Assembly (NCBI GenBank): GCA_902576605.1
Contig: CACGVI010000001.1
Span: forward strand, 29,429 to 93,428
Direction: 5' to 3'
DNA from: an uncultured Candidatus Actinomarina sp.
Lineage (GTDB): Bacteria; Actinomycetota; Acidimicrobiia; Actinomarinales; Actinomarinaceae
Length of the DNA stretch: 64,000 nt
In this document: positions 29,380-39,173 of the stretch, one piece after another
Layout of the letters: every line of letters begins with the position of its first letter
Numbering within the stretch: the stretch's first letter is position 1
Made by a program: the position numbers and the translations under genes
Notes under the pieces: generated by a model
What the model saw: the letters and a program-made list of their open reading frames with translations, nothing else
Database searches by the model: none
Told to the model about the DNA's origin: nothing

Positions 29380-31086
29380 GTGAATAAAAAAACAATTCGA
29401 GTAGCTGGTGCCCAAAAGTCATTTCCAGTAGGAGCTATACAGAAAAACAAGCAAACTATTTTAGATTGTTTTGAGGCAGCTGAAGAAAAGGAAGCAGATA
29501 TCCTGATTTTCCCTGAATTAGCACTTACAGGATATCCACCTGAAGATTTACTTTTAAGAGAGAGTTTTGTTGGAAAAAACTTTGCTGTTTTGGAGGAATT
29601 AGCTGAATTTTCTAGCTCAACAAGTGGTGTTGTTGGCTTTGTTGACAGAAACCTGGACGATAACCATATAGACAAACAAAAAAGAGGCATTGCTAATGCG
29701 GCTGCAATAATTCAAAACGGGGATGTAAAAGGAATCTATCATAAGTGTTTCCTTCCAAACTATTCAGTATTTGATGAAGCTAGGTATTTTGCTAAAGGTA
29801 ATAATCCAGGAAATGTATTTTGGTATGAAGATATTGGGATTGGAATCAGTATTTGCGAAGATATATGGATTGAAGATGGCCCTTCATCACAACAAGTAGA
29901 GAATGGTGCATCTTTAATAATTAACATAAACGCTTCTCCTTATGATCAAAATAAAACTGACTTGAGAAAAGAGCTCGTTGTCAACCAGGCTAAAAAACTA
30001 GGCGTGCCAATTATTTACTTAAACATGGTTGGTGGTCAAGACGAATTAGTTTTTGATGGAGGATCATTTGTTGTAGACGGTAAAGGGGAGATACTTTATC
30101 AAGCACAACAGTTTGAAGAGGAAATATTTTATATTGACCTAGATTTGGAAGAAAAAGAACAACCTAAAGGGCCAATACTGGAGATTAGACAAAAAGGTTC
30201 TGAATTAGATCCTCTACAGTCTGCTCAACTTTTATCAAAAAATGAATCTCTGTACTCAGCATTAAAATTAGGTTTATTCGATTACGTTAGTAAAAATAAC
30301 TTTGAAAAAGTTCTAGTAGGACTCTCTGGAGGAATAGACTCTGCTTTGACTGCAACTGTTGCCGTTGATGCTCTTGGTTCCAATAATGTTGTTGGTGTAG
30401 CGTTGCCCTCTAAATACAACACAGAAGAGTCTTTAGTCGATGCAAGGTTACTCGCAGAAAATCTTGATATAGAATTTAAAGTTATAGAAATTGAAGAAAT
30501 AGTAAATATTTTTAGAAATACATTAAAAGAAAGTGTTAATGATGAACTTGGACAAATAACAGATGAAAACATCCAATCACGCGTAAGAGGTAATATTTTG
30601 ATGGCTTTATCCAACCAAACTGGAGCTATGGTTGTTTCTACAGGTAATAAGTCTGAAATGGCTGTAGGTTATTCAACTCTTTATGGTGATTTAGCAGGAG
30701 GTTTTGCATTATTAAAAGATTTATATAAAACTGAAGTTTATAACTTGGCAAATTTCAGAAATTCAATTTCAAGCGTAATTCCTCAAAATACAATCGATAA
30801 AGAACCAAGCGCAGAATTAAGACCGGATCAATTTGATAAGGATTCTTTACCCGAATACGAACTTCTTGATGAAATTTTACGTATGTATATTGAAGAAGAT
30901 AGTTCTTCAGAGAAGATTATTTCTAAGGGAATTGATGAGAATATTGTATATGATGTTTTGTCCAAAGTCGATAGAAACGAATATAAGAGAAAACAAGTTG
31001 CACCGGGAGTAAAATTAACAGAAAAGGCATTTGGCAAAGACAGAAGAATGCCAATTACAAATACCTATATTCGAGAAAGAGGATAG
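29380..31086 (+). CDS. nadE: Glutamine-dependent NAD+ synthetase
   Basis: N-terminal CN-hydrolase domain plus C-terminal NAD synthetase domain with the PP-loop GLSGGIDSAL. 568 aa. Confidence 0.9.
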   Translation: MNKKTIRVAGAQKSFPVGAIQKNKQTILDCFEAAEEKEADILIFPELALTGYPPEDLLLRESFVGKNFAVLEELAEFSSSTSGVVGFVDRNLDDNHIDKQKRGIANAAAIIQNGDVKGIYHKCFLPNYSVFDEARYFAKGNNPGNVFWYEDIGIGISICEDIWIEDGPSSQQVENGASLIININASPYDQNKTDLRKELVVNQAKKLGVPIIYLNMVGGQDELVFDGGSFVVDGKGEILYQAQQFEEEIFYIDLDLEEKEQPKGPILEIRQKGSELDPLQSAQLLSKNESLYSALKLGLFDYVSKNNFEKVLVGLSGGIDSALTATVAVDALGSNNVVGVALPSKYNTEESLVDARLLAENLDIEFKVIEIEEIVNIFRNTLKESVNDELGQITDENIQSRVRGNILMALSNQTGAMVVSTGNKSEMAVGYSTLYGDLAGGFALLKDLYKTEVYNLANFRNSISSVIPQNTIDKEPSAELRPDQFDKDSLPEYELLDEILRMYIEEDSSSEKIISKGIDENIVYDVLSKVDRNEYKRKQVAPGVKLTEKAFGKDRRMPITNTYIRERG

Positions 31087-31091
31087 TCGTT

Positions 31092-31916
31092 TTGTATTTA
31101 ATCAATGATTTGGAAGTTACAAAAGATGAATTTACTTTGCCTGTTGAAAATTTAGCGGTATGGAGAGGAGATGGGGTCTTCGAAGCTTTGAAGATTCATG
31201 ACCACTATCCCTTTGGGTTAGAGAAACATATAGACAGGTTAAAACAGTCTTGCAAAAAACAACTATTTGACAATGTAGATTTTAATTTGGTCAAAAACAA
31301 TATTTTAAAAATAGCATCAAACCATAAAAGTGGCTATGTGAGAGTTTTAATCTTGAGAAATGAATCAGATGACGATTTTACTATTTATTCTTTTTATCAA
31401 CCATTATTAAACTTACCCGAAGAATTTACATTGCAATCTCAACCCGCTCCATGGCATGCCGGTGGAGATTATGAAGTTGATAGTAAAAATATAGTTGGTT
31501 CAAAATCTACTTCCTATGCTTATAACATAAAGCAAACCAGAGAAGCAGTTAGAGATGGTTTTACAGATGCCTTGCTAATCAATAATAAGGGTATAGTTTT
31601 AGAAGGCCCAACTTTTTGTGTTGGCTGGATTCAGGATGAAGTTGTTTATGTACCAGATCTTGATTTGGGAATTTTAGACTCAATAACTCGACAGTATTTA
31701 CTGAAGTTTGGTGAGGAAGAAAAGATTCAAGTATCTGTTTCTAGAGTGACAATAGATGAACTCTATAAAGTTGATACAGTTTTTGTAATGTCTACAGCTA
31801 AACACGGAGTATTTGTCTCAAAGATTGATAATCAGTTGTTTGAGCAGGCACCTTTGTTGAACACCATACAAGATTTATTTGCTAAAGAAGTACTTAAGGA
31901 AAAGCAAGAAAGTTAA
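31092..31916 (+). CDS. Class IV aminotransferase (aminodeoxychorismate lyase / branched-chain aminotransferase-like)
   Basis: Fold-type IV pattern (EGPTFCVGWIQDEVVYVPDLDLGILDSITRQ). 274 aa. Confidence 0.65.
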   Translation: MYLINDLEVTKDEFTLPVENLAVWRGDGVFEALKIHDHYPFGLEKHIDRLKQSCKKQLFDNVDFNLVKNNILKIASNHKSGYVRVLILRNESDDDFTIYSFYQPLLNLPEEFTLQSQPAPWHAGGDYEVDSKNIVGSKSTSYAYNIKQTREAVRDGFTDALLINNKGIVLEGPTFCVGWIQDEVVYVPDLDLGILDSITRQYLLKFGEEEKIQVSVSRVTIDELYKVDTVFVMSTAKHGVFVSKIDNQLFEQAPLLNTIQDLFAKEVLKEKQES

Positions 31917-31926
31917 GGGGGGTAAA

Positions 31927-32955
31927 GTGAGGCTCACAGAGTATTCTCATGGCTCAGGTTGAGCATGTAAACTCTCCCAAGGAGAGCTTGCTCAGGTTCT
32001 GAAGCAATCAAAACAAAATAATTCAAACAATTCTGAAGTCTTAGTTGGGTTAGAAAATCCAGACGACGGTGCGGTTATTGATCTAGGGAACAGTATGAAA
32101 ATTGTACAAACTGTTGATTTTTTTACTCCTATATTAGATAACCCTTATGACTGGGGTAGGGTTGCCGCAACAAATGCATTATCTGATATTTATGCAATGG
32201 GAGGTGCGCCTATTTCATCTTTACAATTAGTTAGTTGGCCAAGAGAAGATATAGGTTTTGACGTATTATCAGATGTTATTAAGGGAGGTGCAGATGTAAT
32301 GAAATCTGCAAATTGCAATATTGTTGGAGGGCACAGTATTGATGACAAAGAACCAAAATATGGCTTTGCTGTAACAGGTATCGTTAATGAAAAAATCTAT
32401 ACAAAAACAAATATTAAAAATGGAGATAAACTTTATCTAACCAAGCCTCTCGGTTCTGGAATTATTGCAACTGCAATAAAAAAAGGTGTTGCTGATGAAG
32501 AAGCAATAAATGAGGTAACAAATGTAATGACAACCTTAAATGACGCAGGCCTTGAAGTCGCAAAGCACCTCGATGCAAATGCAATCACAGATGTTACCGG
32601 TTTTGGACTTCTTGGTCACCTTAGTGAGATGTTGACTGATGAAAAATTATCAGCAAATTTGATATTCGATAAAGTTCCAATCATTGAGTTTGCAAAAAAT
32701 TATTTTCATAGCGGCATATATCCATCTGGAAGCCAGAGAAATTTTGACTCAGTAAAAGGTTTTATCTCATTCGAAGACCAAGACGAGGCACTTTTATTAG
32801 CAGATGCTCAAACCAGTGGAGGATTATTAATTTCTGCACCTGCTGAAACAGATATAGATTTGATAGAAATTGAAAAATTATATGGGGTTGTTATGAAAGA
32901 AATTGGAAACATAACTGATAGATATAATCAAAAAATAAATATTATTAGTAATTGA
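31927..32955 (+). CDS. selD: Selenophosphate synthetase (selenide, water dikinase) with in-frame UGA (Sec) at 31960-31962; the listed ORF 32095-32955 is its downstream part
   Basis: GGGGGG RBS then GTG at 31927. N-terminus MRLTEYSHGSG-U-ACKLSQGELAQVL matches E. coli SelD '[23 protein letters not shown]', with Sec at the Cys17 position. The rest (TVDFFTPILDNPYDWGRVAATNALSDIYAMGG ... DVTGFGLLGHLSEM ... AQTSGGLLI) aligns with SelD throughout. A hairpin ctctcc-caa-ggagag starts 11 nt after the UGA. Confidence 0.85.
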
Positions 32956-33875
32956 TGATTAAAACACTAACTAAAATTTTTGCTTTTACTGCAGTAACAA
33001 AGAGCTTACTTGAGACTAAAAAGAGTCAATCCGCAGGAACTACACAAATTCATCCAAGTAAAATTCCAGGCAGGACTGTATTTATTAGAGAAAAAGAATA
33101 CTTTATTAGGGAAAATACTAAAGAAGGAACAACTCCTATAATATTTCTCCACAGTTGGGGCACAGACTCCCTAGGAAGCTGGTTTAAAATATTGCCTAAA
33201 ATTAAAAATGAAACCTCTTTTGTAGCTATAGACATGCGTAACCATGGAAAGTCTGATGCAAGTTGGGACAGATGGGACGTAGATGAAAATGCAGATATTG
33301 TGATAAGTATTCTAAAAGAGCTTGGTATTTCAAGTTGCAATATTGTAGGTTGGTCAATGGGAAGTGCAGTTGCATTGTCAATTGCTAAAAAAAATAAGTC
33401 ATTAGTAAATAAATTAGTTTTAATTACACCTTTCAGTTGGCTTGGTGGTGCTGTGTATAGCGATAAAGTAGCATTTAAAATATTTGTTAGTTTTGTAAGA
33501 GTAAGAGAAAGATTATTCCCTAATTTGAATCCAAAATCTAAGTTCTCATTTTTAAAAAAATCAAACTCTATTAATGATGAATATACAGAGTGGGCGTGGA
33601 ATAATCTGCATAAGTCAAAAGATGACTTCATTTATGCAGATGGGGGAAGATTTGTTGTTCCTTATGATGCACGGCCTTGGATACAAGAAATTGAAGCTGA
33701 GACCCTAGTAATTACTGGTGGTAGAGATAAACTTGTACCAGAGGAAACTTCTAATGATGTTGTTAAGAGATTAAACGAAGTAAAAGTGAAAACTTTTCCT
33801 GATGCTGGCCACTCAGTTCCATGGACACATGAGGAAGATCTATTAACAGAACTTAGAGAATTTTTTAGTTTATGA
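32952..33875 (+). CDS. Alpha/beta-fold hydrolase
   Basis: Nucleophile elbow GWSMGSAVA (GxSxG). HGxxD and His near the C-terminus. Overlaps the selD stop. Confidence 0.65.
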   Translation: MMIKTLTKIFAFTAVTKSLLETKKSQSAGTTQIHPSKIPGRTVFIREKEYFIRENTKEGTTPIIFLHSWGTDSLGSWFKILPKIKNETSFVAIDMRNHGKSDASWDRWDVDENADIVISILKELGISSCNIVGWSMGSAVALSIAKKNKSLVNKLVLITPFSWLGGAVYSDKVAFKIFVSFVRVRERLFPNLNPKSKFSFLKKSNSINDEYTEWAWNNLHKSKDDFIYADGGRFVVPYDARPWIQEIEAETLVITGGRDKLVPEETSNDVVKRLNEVKVKTFPDAGHSVPWTHEEDLLTELREFFSL

Positions 33876-35005
33876 AAAAAAATGTACTATTTTTCTCACC
33901 AACTTTTTATGAATTACCTTTAAATGAAAATATAAAAAAAAAGTACGATAATTTAAGTGAAGTAGCGAATGTTACAGTTCTTGCATTCTCGAGCCAAAAA
34001 AAAATACATACTGAATCAGAAACAACTTTTTATTTAAATAAAAAAAACAAATCAAGAATTTTTAACTATTTGAAAATATTTTTTGTTTCTTATTTTCAAA
34101 TACCAAAATTAATCTCTCGATATGAAATAGAAATAGTTACATTTCAAGATCCAGTAACAAGTTTTCTGGGTGTTTATAAAATTAAAAAAAAGTATAAAGA
34201 TGTAAAAATAGTCATCGAATCTCATGGAGATTTTATAAATACTTTGGAGTTAGAAAAAAATCTTATATTTCCAAATTTATATAAAAATTTATTTTCCAGT
34301 ATGGCATCTTACACAATAAATTGTGCTGATATATTGAGAGCAGTTTCTTCTTCTACAGAGGAGCAAGCATTGTCTTTTAATCCATCAAAGCGTGTTGTAA
34401 GATTTCCAGCATGGATAGATTTTGAAATGTTTAGCAACATCGACCCTTTGAGAGATAGTAGTGGAAAATTTAAAATACTCTTTATTGGAAGTGTGACTGA
34501 TAGAAAAAAACCTCATATGATTATCGATGCCTTGCCCGAGTTAATTAGTGACCAGGTTCAACTCAATATAGTAGGCCCAACACCTAATCAAAACTATCTA
34601 GAAAGTCTTAAAGAAAAAATAAAATTAAAAAATGTTGAAGACAAAGTTATTATTCATGGAAATAAAAATAGGGATGAAGTGAAAAAGTTTTACTCTGAAA
34701 ATAACTTAATGATTCTCCCTTCGGTATCAGAGGGTCTAGCAAGAGTAATATTTGAGTCCCAAGTAACAGCATGTCCTGTACTTGTTACAGACGCTCCAGG
34801 AATGCAAGATATAGTTATAGACGGTCAAACAGGTTATGTATTTGAAAGTAATAATTTAGATTCCATGATAAAAAAAATAAATCATGTGATTCAAAATTAT
34901 AATGAAGCAACTTCTGTTGGAATAAATGCAAAAGAATTCATTTTATCTAATTATTCATCTGATAATTTTAAATTTAGTTTTCAAAAAATATTCGACACTG
35001 TATAA
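33872..35005 (+). CDS. Glycosyltransferase family 4 (GT-B, RfaG-like)
   Basis: C-terminal ILPSVSEGLARVIFESQVTACPVLVTDAPGMQDIVIDGQTGYV is the GT4 EX7E region. Confidence 0.7.
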   Translation: MKKNVLFFSPTFYELPLNENIKKKYDNLSEVANVTVLAFSSQKKIHTESETTFYLNKKNKSRIFNYLKIFFVSYFQIPKLISRYEIEIVTFQDPVTSFLGVYKIKKKYKDVKIVIESHGDFINTLELEKNLIFPNLYKNLFSSMASYTINCADILRAVSSSTEEQALSFNPSKRVVRFPAWIDFEMFSNIDPLRDSSGKFKILFIGSVTDRKKPHMIIDALPELISDQVQLNIVGPTPNQNYLESLKEKIKLKNVEDKVIIHGNKNRDEVKKFYSENNLMILPSVSEGLARVIFESQVTACPVLVTDAPGMQDIVIDGQTGYVFESNNLDSMIKKINHVIQNYNEATSVGINAKEFILSNYSSDNFKFSFQKIFDTV

Positions 35006-35057
35006 CTAAATACTACTTACAACATAAACTGTCTTGCTATATTGCTATTCTTAAATT

Positions 35058-36083
35058 ATGGAAAACATATTTTATGGTTTAATCGTTATTCTTTTACTTG
35101 CCAATCTTTATTTTGTAACTAGAAAAGAAACTGAAGATGACAATAAAGATGACGAATATTTAATTAAAGGTATTGTAAGTGAAATAATTGAAAATGAAGA
35201 ATCGCAAATATACAAATTGCTTAATAGATCTGATCAGACAGTAAAAGACTTTCTAGAAAAGACTGGTGAAATTAAGTCTTCTATAACTGGAGTGGATCAG
35301 CAAACTAGAAATTTAATATCCGTACTAAATAATAATCAAAGCAGAGGGCAGTGGGCAGAGTTTCAGGTCGAAGACTTGCTAGAAATTATGGAGTATAAAG
35401 AGGGACTCCATTACCAAACCCAAAAAAGAATGTCGAGTGGTACAATTCCTGATTTCACATTTTATCTTCCTGAAAATAAAACAATCAATATGGATTCAAA
35501 ATTCCCTTTAACGAACTACATGGAGATAGCCAAGCTAAACAGAGATCTTGAAGATGAAACTCTTGACGAGTTGGCAAGAAAAGAAATAACTGAATCGATT
35601 AGAAATAAAAATAAAGAGTTTTTAGACAAAGCAATCAAAACAAAAATCGATGATACATCTGCAAGGGAAGGATACATATCTGCTGAAGAAGGTACTGTTG
35701 ATTTTGTTTTAATGTACATACCTCTTGAAAACTTATATCACTTTTTATTAACTTCAGAAATCGGTGCGAACAGAACACCTGTTATTCAGTATGCTTTCTC
35801 TAAAAAAGTTATATTAGTAAGTCCCCAGACACTAATGGCTTATCTCGAGACCATAAGACACTCAATGAAACTATTTAGTTTACAAACTGATACAAAAAAT
35901 ATTTTGGCAACTCATGAAAAGATAAAAGTAGAAATTAGAAAGTTTATTGAATCTTTTGACGATGTTACTAAAAGGCTAGACCAAACTGTGAAATCTTTTG
36001 AGGCATTAAAAACAACAAGAGTAAATAAACTTGAGAAATCATTCGAAGAATTAGACAGTGTAAATAAAGAGTTAGAAGATTAG
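35058..36083 (+). CDS. rmuC: DNA recombination protein RmuC
   Basis: N-terminal TM/coiled-coil plus RmuC core (GQWAEFQVEDLLE ... PDFTFYLPENKTINMDSKFPL). Confidence 0.75.
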   Translation: MENIFYGLIVILLLANLYFVTRKETEDDNKDDEYLIKGIVSEIIENEESQIYKLLNRSDQTVKDFLEKTGEIKSSITGVDQQTRNLISVLNNNQSRGQWAEFQVEDLLEIMEYKEGLHYQTQKRMSSGTIPDFTFYLPENKTINMDSKFPLTNYMEIAKLNRDLEDETLDELARKEITESIRNKNKEFLDKAIKTKIDDTSAREGYISAEEGTVDFVLMYIPLENLYHFLLTSEIGANRTPVIQYAFSKKVILVSPQTLMAYLETIRHSMKLFSLQTDTKNILATHEKIKVEIRKFIESFDDVTKRLDQTVKSFEALKTTRVNKLEKSFEELDSVNKELED

Positions 36084-36472
36084 TAATTATCAGCTAATCT
36101 TGTGACAACCATTATGCATTTGTCATCTATATAGTTTCTACTATTAGATTCTAGATACGAAGAAATTTCTTCACTTTCTGCCCCAGGTTGATACCAGAAG
36201 TTATCATAATCTGATTCAACTAAGTCTTTGGTTAATTCAAAGCCAACATTGGGTGGCACTACAAAATTTATTATTGATGGCTTTTCACTAAGTTCAGAAA
36301 CTTTGTTGTAGGATTTAAAACCAGCAATGATATCTTCTTTAGGGTTTATTGGAACCACATTATGGCCTTTTGATACTAAGTCTAATAAAATCTTATTTCC
36401 ATATTTATTTTTATCGTTACTTGCCCCAATAAGAGCAATTAAATTATTTTTGTTTTTTAATGAATCAATCAA
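36080..36472 (-). CDS. CoA-binding domain protein (YccU/YneT family)
   Basis: IALIGASNDKNKYGNKILLDLVSKGHNVVPINPK is the CoA-binding Rossmann motif. 130 aa. Confidence 0.65.
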   Translation of the reverse strand: MIDSLKNKNNLIALIGASNDKNKYGNKILLDLVSKGHNVVPINPKEDIIAGFKSYNKVSELSEKPSIINFVVPPNVGFELTKDLVESDYDNFWYQPGAESEEISSYLESNSRNYIDDKCIMVVTRLADNY

Positions 36473-38263
36473 TTAGAAGTTTTCAGCTTTCATTGCATAC
36501 AAATCATCTTTACCAGCAGTAATAGATGAGGCGTATCCTGAAGCTAAAGGCAACAATTGCTCTATGTAGAACTTTGACAATGTTATCTTGTCTTTGTAGA
36601 ACTCATCACCAGTTTCTTTAAACTTTTTGTTTGCAAGAATTGCAGCTTTACCCATATAATATCCACCTAAAACCTGACCAAACATTTTCAAATATGGTGT
36701 TGCACCAGCACTTGCATCAACCAACTCTCCTTCAAGCATCTTTGACCCAAGCCATAAAGTTATTTCAGATAATGTATTTACTTCTTTTTCAAGCTTTTCA
36801 GCCATTGATATGAGTTCTTCATCATCCTGTTTCATCTCTTCAATAACTTTATTGACATCTGATAGAAGCCTCTGCATTGCTTGACCATTATCAAGTGGTA
36901 GCTTTCTAAACATCAAATCTAGTGCTTGAATTCCATTAGTTCCTTCATAAATTGGAGCTATTCTTGCATCACGCAAGTACTGAGCTACTCCTGTTTCTTC
37001 AACATAGCCCATGCCACCATAGACTTGGATAGCAATATTAGACAATTCAACGCCAAGATCAGATATCCATGCTTTAGTTATAGGTGTCAATATTCCACAC
37101 CTTTCCTCACCAAATGCTTTCATCTCCTCATCTTCACCAAAGTATTCAACATCAAGCATTAATTGGTTATCATACATCAGATATCTCATGGCATCTACAT
37201 AGGCTTTTATTGTCATTAACATTCTTCTTACATCAGCATGATCGATAATTGTCGAATTTTTTGCATCTTCTTTTGACATTCCTACAGGCCTTCCCTGCAC
37301 GCGATCTCTAGCATATTGAGCAGCACCTTGTAATGAACCTGAAGCACATGCTAACCCTTGCCCGCCTACCCATACGCGAGCTTCGTTCATCATTGTGAAC
37401 ATATAGTTAAGACCTCGGTTTTCTTCTCCAACTAAATAACCAACAGAGCCATCGTATTCCATGACACAAGTTGGGCTAGCATGAATTCCTAACTTCTCTT
37501 CAATAGATATACAGTTTACATTATTTGAGTCACCAACAGATCCATCATCATCAACCATATATTTTGGCACTATAAACATAGAGATACCCTTAGTTCCCTC
37601 AGGCGATCCGGGTACTTTAGCCAAAACAAGGTGGATTATATTCTCCGTCATATTATGTTCACCAAATGTAATCCAAACTTTTGTACCAGTTATTTTATAT
37701 GAACCATCCTCTTGAGGCTCAGCCTTTGTAGTAATTGTTCCAAGATCTGATCCTGATTGAGGCTCACTCAAATTCATTGTTCCTGTCCACTCACCTGAAA
37801 CAAGTTTTGGTAAAAATTTATCTTTTTGTTCTTGGCTACCGTGAAAATTTATGGCAGAAATCGCGCCAGCACTTAAACCTGGTGCTAAACCAAAGGCTAA
37901 ATTGGCTGTACTAAGAATTTCTAAAGTTCCACCAGACAGAGTTATAGGCATCCCACCACCACCAATATCAGAAGGCAGAGAAATTGAGGCCCATCCGGCT
38001 TCAGAAAACTTTTGATAAGCATCAACAAACTCTTCAGGCATGGTTACAACCCCATCCTTAATTGTTGCTCCTTGCTGATCTCCAATCGCATTTATTGGTG
38101 CAAGGACTTCCTCAGAGAACTTAGCACACTCTTCCATTGTTGGAATAACAATATCTTCTGAAAAATCACTAAATGCTGAAATTTTATTTAAAACATTATA
38201 AGAATCTATTACTTCATATCCAAATACTATATCTTTAACAGGGGCTTTATAGGGTACTGCCAT
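36473..38263 (-). CDS. Acyl-CoA dehydrogenase (long, FadE5-like)
   Basis: ACAD middle and C-terminal domains (YEGTNGIQALDL) in a ~600-aa extended form. Confidence 0.85.
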   Translation of the reverse strand: MAVPYKAPVKDIVFGYEVIDSYNVLNKISAFSDFSEDIVIPTMEECAKFSEEVLAPINAIGDQQGATIKDGVVTMPEEFVDAYQKFSEAGWASISLPSDIGGGGMPITLSGGTLEILSTANLAFGLAPGLSAGAISAINFHGSQEQKDKFLPKLVSGEWTGTMNLSEPQSGSDLGTITTKAEPQEDGSYKITGTKVWITFGEHNMTENIIHLVLAKVPGSPEGTKGISMFIVPKYMVDDDGSVGDSNNVNCISIEEKLGIHASPTCVMEYDGSVGYLVGEENRGLNYMFTMMNEARVWVGGQGLACASGSLQGAAQYARDRVQGRPVGMSKEDAKNSTIIDHADVRRMLMTIKAYVDAMRYLMYDNQLMLDVEYFGEDEEMKAFGEERCGILTPITKAWISDLGVELSNIAIQVYGGMGYVEETGVAQYLRDARIAPIYEGTNGIQALDLMFRKLPLDNGQAMQRLLSDVNKVIEEMKQDDEELISMAEKLEKEVNTLSEITLWLGSKMLEGELVDASAGATPYLKMFGQVLGGYYMGKAAILANKKFKETGDEFYKDKITLSKFYIEQLLPLASGYASSITAGKDDLYAMKAENF

Positions 38264-38304
38264 AAGTATTTATAATAGTAGAAATTTCTAAAAAGTATAA
38301 ATTG

Positions 38305-39156
38305 CTATCGCGGGTTTACTTCTACAAGCTGTGATATTTCCTCAATTTTTTCAATTGTAGGTATATCATTTGTTCCAGCTACAATAGCACCTGCAGCACA
38401 TGCTTTTTTTATATTAGGAATTAAATCAGCAACACCAAATGCTGCAATATATGCTGCAGTTGCATCACCAGCACCATTTGAATTAATAGTTTTAAAGTCA
38501 GGCGGAACTATCTCTATTGCACCTTCTAAACTTATGAGTCTTGCTGGCAAGCTTGAGGATGTTAAAAGAATATACTCTACAATTTCTGAATCTATAAGAT
38601 TATTTGCTTCACTTACACTAATCTCATCCTTACTGACTATAAGAAAGTCTAATTTATAATCAATTTCATATTCATACCCCGCTTGGCACACAAACAAATT
38701 ATTTATTTCTTTAAGATCTTTGAGTTCATCATTTATGAACTTAACGGAGTACCTATCTAAAATTAACGAGTCAAAATTATTTATATTTTTAAAATTACTC
38801 CACTCTAGACCTTCATACCCTGAAGACACTATTGTTCTTTCACCAGAAGAATCTACAAAAATAGAACATGTTGGTGTCAATGACTGACTGATTATTAAAT
38901 CATCAAAATTTATATTATTTTCTTTTAAATAGTCAACTAAGTATTTGCCCAAAGGATCACTACCAATACTATTTCCCCTAACATGAACTGATTTGTTCCA
39001 AAGAGAAATTAATTCTGAACAATTTATAGCAGTCCCCCCGGGCCTAATAGAAGAATTTGAACTGCGAATGTCGTCACCTTTTTTAGGTAACTCATCAACA
39101 AAGTAAATTAAATCAGGATTTAAAGTTCCATAGCAAAGAATATTCTTAAACGACAT
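38305..39156 (-). CDS. PfkB-family carbohydrate/nucleoside kinase (ribokinase-like)
   Basis: GGTAINC near the N-terminus and the C-terminal NGAGDATAAYIAAF anion-hole/ATP motif. Confidence 0.7.
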   Translation of the reverse strand: MSFKNILCYGTLNPDLIYFVDELPKKGDDIRSSNSSIRPGGTAINCSELISLWNKSVHVRGNSIGSDPLGKYLVDYLKENNINFDDLIISQSLTPTCSIFVDSSGERTIVSSGYEGLEWSNFKNINNFDSLILDRYSVKFINDELKDLKEINNLFVCQAGYEYEIDYKLDFLIVSKDEISVSEANNLIDSEIVEYILLTSSSLPARLISLEGAIEIVPPDFKTINSNGAGDATAAYIAAFGVADLIPNIKKACAAGAIVAGTNDIPTIEKIEEISQLVEVNPR

Positions 39157-39173
39157 GAATTAAGATTTCTTAA

